DNA of 64,000 bases from an uncultured Candidatus Rokubacteria bacterium (GTDB lineage: Bacteria > Methylomirabilota > Methylomirabilia > Rokubacteriales > CSP1-6). The position numbers and the translations under genes are program-made. How positions within the stretch are numbered: position 1 is the first letter of the stretch; every line of letters starts with the position of its first letter. Shown here in pieces: positions 38,942-46,604 of this stretch. The DNA lies in NCBI GenBank assembly GCA_963771355.1, contig CAVYTA010000001.1, positions 96,001 to 160,000 on the forward strand, in the 5' to 3' direction. The notes under the pieces are model-generated. The model searched no databases and was not told the origin of the DNA. It saw nothing but the letters and a program-made list of their open reading frames with translations.

Positions 38942-39036
38942 AGTGATGGCAGAGTCGGTTCTGCCACTCCGGGCCGCCGGACCGAGAGCCGTCCATCTGG
39001 TGAGGAGATAGCGCGCGCTTCGAGCGCGGGGTGTTC

Positions 39037-39052
39037 TGGCAGCAAGGTTGCA
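39037..39052 (+). promoter_or_regulatory. sigma54 -24/-12 promoter
   Basis: TGGCAGCAAGGTTGCA. Confidence 0.8.
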
Positions 39053-39085
39053 ATACATGCTCCCAAGCAAAAGGAGGAATCCCCC

Positions 39086-39304
39086 TTGGTAAGCCGGCCG
39101 AAGTCCGCACGCCGCAAGACAACGCTCCCATCCCGTTCCGCCAAGGCCGGCCGGCCGCCCGAGGAGCGCGTGCTCGCGCCGCGGGTGCGGCGCCGCCAGA
39201 AGTCCGCGCAGACGGCCTTCAGCAAGGACACCACGATTCACCAGGCCCCCGGCGGCTCTCGGGCTACCTGGCCGGCGAGCAGACCGAAGTTCAAGAAGCG
39301 ATAG
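39086..39304 (+). CDS. Small basic R/K/P-rich protein, copy 2 (72 aa, TTG start)
   Basis: RBS aaggagga; collinear paralog of 12499-12717. Confidence 0.78.
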   Translation: MVSRPKSARRKTTLPSRSAKAGRPPEERVLAPRVRRRQKSAQTAFSKDTTIHQAPGGSRATWPASRPKFKKR

Positions 39305-39328
39305 ATCCCCGAGTCCAAGGAGACGTCG

Positions 39329-40459
39329 ATGAACGACCTGGCCGAACGCGTGAAAGAGCTGGCCGGTATCGCCCCGAGCGAGACGCCCGTGGTAAGCGTG
39401 TACCTCGACACGCGCTGGAAGGACGAGCAGCAGCGGGAGCGGACGCGGGTATTCCTCAAGAACGAGCTCGCCAAGGCGCGAGACTCGGCCGGCGGGGCGC
39501 GCCTTGCGGCCGATCTCGACTGGATCCGCGGCGAGGCCGAAGCTCTCATCGGGCGTCCGAGCAGGCCCGATGCCCTCGGGGTCGCGCTGTTCGGGGGCGG
39601 GAGCCGCGGCTTGCGCGAGATCCTGCCGGTGGCGGCTCCAATCGAGAACGCCTTCGTGGTCGCCGAGACGCCGTTCCTCCGTCCTCTCCTGGGGCTGGCC
39701 GGTGAAAATCTCTCGTCGATGGTGGTGTTCGTGGACGCCAAGCGCGCCCGCTTGATCCCATTCACCGCGCAAGGGGCGGGCGAAGAGATCACCCTGGAGC
39801 ACGAGGTGGCGGGGCACCACCGCCAGGGCGGCTGGAGCCTCCTTGCGCAGTCGCGCTACCAGCGCCGGATGAATGAACAACGGAGCCAGCATCTCGAGGC
39901 GGTGGCCGAGTCCCTCGAGGCGGCGCTGGCCGGGAGCCCCGCCGCGCGCGTCGTACTCGCCGGAGAGGTCCGCGCCGTGGCCACGTTCCGGGACCTGCTC
40001 GAGCCCGGGCTTCGAGCGCGCCTCGCGGGAGAGGTCTCGGGGACCTGGTACGAGTCGGGCAGTGCGCTGGTCCGACGCGCGACGGAGGTGCTGCAGGAGA
40101 GCCGGCAGCGCGAGGCGCGTGCCTCCGTGGACGCGATGCTGACCGAGGCCGCCAAGGGCGGCCGGGCCGCCGCCGGGCTGGGCTTCGTTCTCCAGGCGCT
40201 GAGCCGGGGCGCCGTCCATCGGCTCTATCTGCTCGAGAGCTTCCGCGAGCCCGGCCGAGCCTGCGCGACGTGCGGAGGTCTCCATGCCGGTGATGAGCCC
40301 GCGTGCCGGTTCTGCGGCAAGGCCACGCGACCGGTTGAGCTCGGGGAGCGCATCGCGGAGCGGGTGATCGCCGACGGCGGCACGGTCGAGACGCTCCTGG
40401 AGCATGAGGGACTGGCGGATGCCGGCGGGATCGCGGCGGAGCTTCGCTATGCGCTCTAG
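39329..40459 (+). CDS. Bacterial eRF1/aRF1-like (baeRF) release-factor family protein
   Basis: VSVYLD, VFVD..RAR, HHRQGGWS..QSRYQR, CATC..CRFC, GGIAAELRY. Confidence 0.82.
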   Translation: MNDLAERVKELAGIAPSETPVVSVYLDTRWKDEQQRERTRVFLKNELAKARDSAGGARLAADLDWIRGEAEALIGRPSRPDALGVALFGGGSRGLREILPVAAPIENAFVVAETPFLRPLLGLAGENLSSMVVFVDAKRARLIPFTAQGAGEEITLEHEVAGHHRQGGWSLLAQSRYQRRMNEQRSQHLEAVAESLEAALAGSPAARVVLAGEVRAVATFRDLLEPGLRARLAGEVSGTWYESGSALVRRATEVLQESRQREARASVDAMLTEAAKGGRAAAGLGFVLQALSRGAVHRLYLLESFREPGRACATCGGLHAGDEPACRFCGKATRPVELGERIAERVIADGGTVETLLEHEGLADAGGIAAELRYAL

Positions 40460-40772
40460 GGTCTTCGTGAGCGCGCTGATGCTGGCGCTCGCGCCGGCGG
40501 TTCTCGGGACACGCCCGGGCTCGGCGGCCGAGAGCACGCCGGGCGAAAAGGTCTTCTACGACCAGGGCTGCCACGGTTGTCACACCGTGGGCAAGGCGGG
40601 CACGCCCATCGGGCCGGATCTCTCGCGCATCGGCGCCAAGCGGTCGCGGGCGTATCTGGTCGGCTGGCTCAAGGATCCGGCGGCGCAGGCGCCGCGCGCG
40701 CACATGCCCCGCATCCGGCTCTCGAAGGCCGAGATCGAGCGCCTGGCGACCTATTTGAGCGAGCTCAAATGA
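40449..40772 (+). CDS. Monoheme cytochrome c
   Basis: Signal peptide; CHGCH; GPDL; HMP axial Met. Confidence 0.9.
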   Translation: MRSRVFVSALMLALAPAVLGTRPGSAAESTPGEKVFYDQGCHGCHTVGKAGTPIGPDLSRIGAKRSRAYLVGWLKDPAAQAPRAHMPRIRLSKAEIERLATYLSELK

Positions 40773-40794
40773 AACCGCTCGGCAGAGGCGCATC

Positions 40795-42915
40795 GTGAGC
40801 GGGGGATCTCTTCCGCCCGCGTTCCTGGCGCCGCGGTCGGTGGCCGTGGTGGGCGCCTCGCGCGATCCTTCCAAGGTCGGCGGCAGCGTGCTGGCCAATC
40901 TGCGCGCGGCCGGCTTCCCGGGCCGGGTGGTCCCGATCAATCCGCGCGCCGGCTCGATCCAGGGTCTACGCGCGCTGCCCTCGGTCCTCGCCCTGGAAGA
41001 GCCTGTGGACCTGGCGGTGATCGCGGTACCGGCCGCCGACGTGCTGCCCGCGCTGGAAGCGTGCGTGGCCCGCGGCGTGGCGGGCGCCATCATCATCTCC
41101 GCGGGCTTTCGAGAGGCCGGCCCCGAGGGCCAGGCCCGCGAGGCCAAGCTCCGATCATGGCTCCGCGGCCAGCCCATCCGAGTGATGGGCCCCAACTGCC
41201 TCGGCTGGATCCGTCCCTCGAGCCGCCTCAACGCAACCTTCGCCCCCGGCATGCCGATCCGGGGCGGCATCGGGTTCGTATCCCACTCCGGTGCTCTCGC
41301 CACGGCCATCCTCGACTGGGCCCGCGATCGCTCGCTAGGCTTCTCCTTCTTCGCGAGTCTGGGCAACCAGGCGGACCTCACCGAAGCGGATGTGCTGGAG
41401 GCGGCGGCCGAGGATGCCGAGACGCGCGTGATCGCGGCGTACATCGAAGGCGTGGCCGACGGACCGCGCTTTGTCGAGGCCTTGACCCTCGCCGCCACCG
41501 CCAAGCCGGTCGTGCTCATCAAGGCCGGCCGCTCGGCCGAGGGGGCGCGCGCGGTGGCCTCGCACACCGGCGCGCTCGCGGGCTCCGACGTCGCCTTCCA
41601 CGCCGCGGTCCGGCAGGCCGGCGCCGTGCGCGTGACCACGGTGGAAGAGCTCTTCGATCTCGCCGACGCGCTGGCCACGCAGCCGTTGCCGAAGGGACGC
41701 CGGGTCCTCGTGGTCACCAACGGAGGTGGGCTGGGCATCGTGGCAGCCGACGCCGCGCGCGCCGCCGGGCTCGCGGTCACCCCTGTTTCCGACGCGGCGC
41801 GCGCCCGGCTGCGCGAGGTGCTGCCGCCTAATGCCAGCGTGGCCAATCCCGTCGACCTGGTCGGCGACGCCGACGCGAACCGCTATCGGCGCGCGCTGGA
41901 GGCCATTCACCCGAACGAGGACTGCGACGCCGCGCTGGTGATCCTGACGGTGCAGGCGGCGACTGACGCGAGCGCGGCGGCGCGCGCCATCGTGGGCTCG
42001 ACGCGCGGCTGGGACATGCCACTCGTGACCGCGTTCGTGGGCGGCCCCCGGGTGCGTCCCGGGACCCGCGCGCTCGAGGAGAGCCACGTGCCCTGCTATG
42101 CCTTTCCGGAGCGCGCGGTCTCGGCCCTCGCGGGCATGGCACGCGTGGCCGAGCGCCGCCGGGCCACGCCACAGCGTGTACTGCCGCCGCGCCCGGATCT
42201 GCCCGCCGGTCTCACGCGCTCGTTGGAGCGGCGCGTGGGTGGGGCGCTCGGCATGGCGGACCTCGAGTCTCTCCTCGATGTGTACGGGATCCCAGTAGTC
42301 CGCTCCCGTCAGGTCGCCGGTCCCGCCGAGGCCGCCGCGGCGGCAGCGGAGCTTGGCTTGCCGGTGGCGCTCAAGGTGGTCTCGGCGGAGGTCAGCCACA
42401 AGAGCGACGTGGGCGGGGTGCGGCTCGGCCTCGGAGCACCCGCGGAGGTGGCGGCGGCCGCCGAGAAGATGCTCGCGGATGTGCGGCGGGCACGGCCGGA
42501 GGCCACCATTCAGGGCCTCCTCGTGCAGACCATGGCGTCGCCGGGGCGCGAGCTGCTGGTGGGTATGACGCGGGATCCGCAATTTGGGCCGCTGGTGGTG
42601 GTGGGGTTCGGCGGGCGGTACGTGGAAGTGCTCCGCGATACCGCCGCCCGCCTCGCCCCGGTCAGTGAGGAGGAGGCGGTCGAGATGCTGGGCGAGCTCC
42701 GGATGGCTCCGGTGCTGCGCGCGTTCCGCGGCGAAGCCGAGGTGGATCTTCCTGCTCTGGCACGGGCGGTCGCGCGCTTCTCCCGCCTTCTCACCGACCT
42801 GCCCATGCTCTCGGAGATCGAGCTCAACCCGCTGGTCGCCCGGCCGGATGGGGTGCTGGCGGTCGACGCCCGCGCCACTCTGGCCGTCCCGTCGTCCTCC
42901 GACGTCAGGGAATAG
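40795..42915 (+). CDS. ADP-forming acetate/acyl-CoA ligase (fused alpha-beta)
   Basis: AVVGAS, GPNCLG, SHSGA, SHTG (catalytic His), TNGGG, NPVD, HKSDVGGV, ELNP. Confidence 0.92.
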   Translation: MSGGSLPPAFLAPRSVAVVGASRDPSKVGGSVLANLRAAGFPGRVVPINPRAGSIQGLRALPSVLALEEPVDLAVIAVPAADVLPALEACVARGVAGAIIISAGFREAGPEGQAREAKLRSWLRGQPIRVMGPNCLGWIRPSSRLNATFAPGMPIRGGIGFVSHSGALATAILDWARDRSLGFSFFASLGNQADLTEADVLEAAAEDAETRVIAAYIEGVADGPRFVEALTLAATAKPVVLIKAGRSAEGARAVASHTGALAGSDVAFHAAVRQAGAVRVTTVEELFDLADALATQPLPKGRRVLVVTNGGGLGIVAADAARAAGLAVTPVSDAARARLREVLPPNASVANPVDLVGDADANRYRRALEAIHPNEDCDAALVILTVQAATDASAAARAIVGSTRGWDMPLVTAFVGGPRVRPGTRALEESHVPCYAFPERAVSALAGMARVAERRRATPQRVLPPRPDLPAGLTRSLERRVGGALGMADLESLLDVYGIPVVRSRQVAGPAEAAAAAAELGLPVALKVVSAEVSHKSDVGGVRLGLGAPAEVAAAAEKMLADVRRARPEATIQGLLVQTMASPGRELLVGMTRDPQFGPLVVVGFGGRYVEVLRDTAARLAPVSEEEAVEMLGELRMAPVLRAFRGEAEVDLPALARAVARFSRLLTDLPMLSEIELNPLVARPDGVLAVDARATLAVPSSSDVRE

Positions 42916-42929
42916 GGGGCGCGGCGAGC

Positions 42930-43005
42930 GGGACTGGAGGACGAGCGCCGTGCGTTCGCTCGCTATCGCGCCATCCGGGCGCGCGAGCGAACCTATCTCT
43001 GAGGC
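42930..43005 (+). repeat. Direct repeat copy B (orphan 3' end of radical SAM gene)
   Basis: Encodes GLEDERRAFARYRAIRARERTYL*, identical peptide to 14209-14280. Confidence 0.93.
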
Positions 43006-43016
43006 TACGGGCTGGG

Positions 43017-44504
43017 TCAGACGGCGGACGCCCTGAGCGCGCGCACCAGCTCCACCATCCCCAGCGTGTCGCGCCGGCAGTATTCACGGAGCGCGGCTTC
43101 CAGGCGGGCGGCCTCCGCCGGGTCGGGGTGGCCGCGCACCAGCAGGTCCCAGACGGGCCCCGCCGCCGAGCCTTCCGCGACCTCGAGTCCCTCATAGGCG
43201 AGGGCCGGGACCACCGCGGGCAGGACGCGCTTGAGCGAGAAGGAGCCGCGGAACTCGGGGTGGTAGACGTGCTGGCGCACGACGGGCAGGAGATCCCACA
43301 GGCGCGCGCGGATTCGCGCGGCGGCGGGAGCCAGGTCCGGGAGCGTCAGCCCCAGCGTGTCGAGGTGCTGACCCTCGAAGCGCGCGTTGTAGACGACGAT
43401 GGGCCCGGTCTCCCCGACGGCGGGGATGAGTGTCTCGAGGAAGCGGCGGCGCGGATCCGTGTCGCGGTCGGCGAGGAACTGCCGATGCTCGGGCGCGGCC
43501 CCGGGGGCCTGGATCACGTGCACCGACCACTGGAAGGGGATGCCGTCGTACGGGCGCATGCCGGCATGACGGGGGATGGCGGGGCCCAGCGTCTCGAAAT
43601 CCATGAAGTAGCGCGGATAGGCGAGCCCGGCCAGCTCGCCCGCGAGCGGTGCGGCGACCAGCATCCGCTCCGCGAGCACCGCCTGGCGCGCTCGCTCCTG
43701 GCGCGGGTTCAGCGCGACATCATCCGGCACCTCGCCGATGCGCGTGATACCGCGGGCGCGGAGCGCCTCGAGCCGCTTCCCGTAGAGACCAGGCAGATTC
43801 GCGATGTCGTCCAGGGGCAACGGAACATTGCACTGGTCGTAGAACTCGCAGGCATAGGGCTTGGTGCACTGAAGGCCGGGCGCGACCTCCGGCGGCGCGT
43901 CCGCGTCCAGCGTGGCCCGCAGCTCGGCCAGCAGGCGCGGCAGGTCGAGGGTGAGGGCGTCCACCTGCGGGGTGACGTCCACGACGGCGAAGAGCCGCGT
44001 CGGATCATGCGCCCCGCCGGCATACACGTACTCACGGCTCAGGTGCATCACGGCGACCGACTCTACCGTCAGGCCGGCGGCCACCAGCACGTGGCGCTGG
44101 ATGGCCACGTCGGGGAAGTGGTGCTCCCTCACGCCGGTGGTGGACTTCACCTCGATGAGCCGCCAGCCTCCGCGGCTCCCGCGCGCGAGCACGTCCACGC
44201 GCACCAGGACGTCCTCCTGGCGAAACGTCGCCTCGAAGATCGCGGGCACGGTCGGGTCGCGCAGAAGAGCCGCGGTGCGCGCGAGGGCGGTGTCGAGACG
44301 ATCGAGCTCGCCCTCGACCGCCACGCCGCCCGGGAACGCCTCCCGGGCGAGCCGGCCCACCTCCTGGCCCTGGGCGAAGCGAAACCGGAGCGCGGCATCG
44401 GGCGCCTCCGCCAGCTCGGGCGCCGTCACCCGGAGATAGAGGCGCTTCCGGCACTGCAGGCCGGCGAGCACGCGGGACTTCGACAGCCCGTGGGGCCTGG
44501 CCAT
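43017..44504 (-). CDS. DUF2779 domain protein (PD-(D/E)xK-like N-terminus, RNase H-like C-terminus)
   Basis: LSKS...GLQC.KRL, RVDVL, IEVKS, CTKPYACEFYDQC, MDFET, PFQWS, VYNA.FE, GSFSLK.VLP, YC.RDT. Confidence 0.85.
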   Translation of the reverse strand: MARPHGLSKSRVLAGLQCRKRLYLRVTAPELAEAPDAALRFRFAQGQEVGRLAREAFPGGVAVEGELDRLDTALARTAALLRDPTVPAIFEATFRQEDVLVRVDVLARGSRGGWRLIEVKSTTGVREHHFPDVAIQRHVLVAAGLTVESVAVMHLSREYVYAGGAHDPTRLFAVVDVTPQVDALTLDLPRLLAELRATLDADAPPEVAPGLQCTKPYACEFYDQCNVPLPLDDIANLPGLYGKRLEALRARGITRIGEVPDDVALNPRQERARQAVLAERMLVAAPLAGELAGLAYPRYFMDFETLGPAIPRHAGMRPYDGIPFQWSVHVIQAPGAAPEHRQFLADRDTDPRRRFLETLIPAVGETGPIVVYNARFEGQHLDTLGLTLPDLAPAAARIRARLWDLLPVVRQHVYHPEFRGSFSLKRVLPAVVPALAYEGLEVAEGSAAGPVWDLLVRGHPDPAEAARLEAALREYCRRDTLGMVELVRALRASAV

Positions 44505-44578
44505 CGAGCCCACGGTACCGTGGAACGGTGACGGCCGGGGTCAGCGGTGGCCGGTCGGAGCGGCCATGCAGCATAGTT

Positions 44579-44592
44579 TATAAAATTTCATA
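44579..44592. promoter_or_regulatory. AT-rich near-palindrome, candidate XRE operator
   Basis: TATAAAATTTCATA just upstream of the XRE-cupin gene. Confidence 0.45.
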
Positions 44593-44611
44593 GATACTGT
44601 ATTCTCCCGCC

Positions 44612-45184
44612 ATGCCGCAGCGTCCCCCCCGCTCCTACGTGGGCGATGTCATCCGGGCTCGTCGGCGAGCCCTCGACCTGACCTTGATGGACGTGGCCCG
44701 AAAGACGGGCTTCTCGGCCAGCTATCTCAGCCAGGTCGAGCGGAACCTCGTCGCCCCCTCGGTGGCGGCCCTGATGAAGATGACCACCGCGCTGGGGGTG
44801 TCCGTCGGCCAGATCCTCGCGCAGCACGGCCAGCCCGGGGCAGGGGCGAAGCTGGTGCGCCCGCACGAGCGCAAGACGCTGACGTATCCGGGATCCGACA
44901 TCCGCTACGAGCTCCTCTCCCCCGACCTCTCCAACCGCGCCATGGAAGTCCTCATGTTCCGCGCGCCGGCGGGGAGCACGAGCGGGCGCGAGACCTTCAC
45001 GCACGATGGGGAGGAGTGCTTCGTCCTCATCAAGGGCCGGCTGCGGGTCTGGGTGGGCGAGGAAGAGCACGTGATGCGCGAGGGCGACTCGCTCTATTTC
45101 AAGAGCTCGCTCCCGCACCGCTGGGTCAACGACGGCAAGACCGAAGCCCGCGCGATCTGGGTCAATACGCCCCCCACCTTCTAG
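44612..45184 (+). CDS. XRE-family HTH-cupin regulator
   Basis: LSQVER..PS; HDGEE; GDSLYF.S..PH. Confidence 0.92.
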   Translation: MPQRPPRSYVGDVIRARRRALDLTLMDVARKTGFSASYLSQVERNLVAPSVAALMKMTTALGVSVGQILAQHGQPGAGAKLVRPHERKTLTYPGSDIRYELLSPDLSNRAMEVLMFRAPAGSTSGRETFTHDGEECFVLIKGRLRVWVGEEEHVMREGDSLYFKSSLPHRWVNDGKTEARAIWVNTPPTF

Positions 45185-45249
45185 GACGGGGGCCGGAGGC
45201 CACCAATGGCGGTTGCTACGCGACACACGCTGGAAAGCACGGACGAACC

Positions 45250-45492
45250 ATACAATTCAACGTCGATCCGTTACACTTCGGCATCGTGCTCATCGCCAAT
45301 ATCGGGGTGGGGCTCTTTCTCCCGCCGGTGGGCCTCGGGCTCATCGTGGCGGCGGCGATCGGCCGCGTGAGCGTGACCGAGGTGGCGCCGGTCCTGCTGC
45401 CCTATCTGGCCACCATGATGGCGACGGTGCTGATCATCACCTTCTGGCCCTGGCTGACGCTCCTCGTTCCGAGCGCGCTGGGGCTGCGGTAA
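45250..45492 (+). pseudogene. C-terminal remnant of TRAP large permease (DctM)
   Basis: DPLHFGIVLIANIGVGLFLPPVG..ITFWPWLTLLVP*; no start codon or N-terminal part. Confidence 0.82.
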
Positions 45493-45521
45493 GCGAAGCC
45501 CGAGAGAAGAGAGGACACATC

Positions 45522-46604
45522 ATGAGCACCCTGGCGACCACCCGATTCCCCACCATCACCCCCGAGACCCTCGCCGCGCTGCAGGAGCGGCTCGGCAAGC
45601 CGGTGCGCCGGCCCGAGCCCTACATCGAGGTGGCCACGCGCGATGCCATCCGGCACTGGGCGCATGGCATCGGCGACCGGAATCCCTACTGGGCGGACCA
45701 AGGCGTGGCGCCTCCGACCATTCTCTTCGCGCTGGATCGGATCGTCTCCGGTTATGTCGGGGGGCTTCCCGGCATTCACGCGATGTACGCGGGCACGGAC
45801 TTTCGCTGGGAGCGGCCGATCCGCGTCGATGACAAGATCGTCGGGGAGAGCGTGCTGCACGCGCTGATCGAGAAGCCGTCGAAGTTCGCCAAGCGGGCCA
45901 TCCAGCAGATCTATCGCACCACCTTCACGAATCAGCGCGGGGAGCAGGTCTGCGTGGCGGACTCCTGGTGCTTCCGGACCGAGCGCGAGACCGCCCGCGA
46001 GCGCGGCAAGTACAAGTCGGAAGGGCCGCACCGGTACTCCGAGACCGAGATCGCCGACATCCGGCAGGCCTATGCCACGGAGGAGGTCCGAGGCGCGGCG
46101 CCGCGGCGCTGGGACGACGTCACCGTGGGCGAGGCGATGCCGGTGGTGGTGAAGGGGCCGCTCACGGTCACCTCGGTGGTCGCCTTCGTGCAAGGCTGGG
46201 GCAGCCTGTACGTGCGCGCCCACGGCCTCGCCTTCGATCTGTTCGACCGTCACCCCGCGCTGGGCATCCCGAACGATTTCGGCGTGCCGGAGCCGCCGGA
46301 GCGGGTGCACTGGGACGAGTCGCTGGCGCGGGCGGTGGGCGTGCCCGGACCCTACGACTACGGCCCGGAGCGGGTGGCCTGGCTCGGCCACCTGGTGACG
46401 AACTGGATGGGCAATGCCGGCTTCCTCCGGCGCCTGACCGTGAAGGTGCTGCGCCACAACCTGATCGGCGACACCACGTGGTGCCGCGGCCGCGTGACCG
46501 GCAAGGCGTCCGGGGGTGTGGTGACGCTGGAGATGGACGGCACCAATCAGCGGGGCGAGGTCATCGCCTCCGGCACCGCCGAGGTGGTGCTCCCCACGCG
46601 ATGA
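45522..46604 (+). CDS. Double hot-dog MaoC-like dehydratase
   Basis: IRHWAHGIGDRNP; ERVHWD..A..VGVPG.YDYG; TNWMG. Confidence 0.85.
   Translation: MSTLATTRFPTITPETLAALQERLGKPVRRPEPYIEVATRDAIRHWAHGIGDRNPYWADQGVAPPTILFALDRIVSGYVGGLPGIHAMYAGTDFRWERPIRVDDKIVGESVLHALIEKPSKFAKRAIQQIYRTTFTNQRGEQVCVADSWCFRTERETARERGKYKSEGPHRYSETEIADIRQAYATEEVRGAAPRRWDDVTVGEAMPVVVKGPLTVTSVVAFVQGWGSLYVRAHGLAFDLFDRHPALGIPNDFGVPEPPERVHWDESLARAVGVPGPYDYGPERVAWLGHLVTNWMGNAGFLRRLTVKVLRHNLIGDTTWCRGRVTGKASGGVVTLEMDGTNQRGEVIASGTAEVVLPTR

Noticed and set aside
14284..42929. Prophage, ICE or transposon call for the repeat-bounded segment
   Set aside because: No integrase, transposase, relaxase or phage genes recognised; reported only as a repeat-bounded segment.
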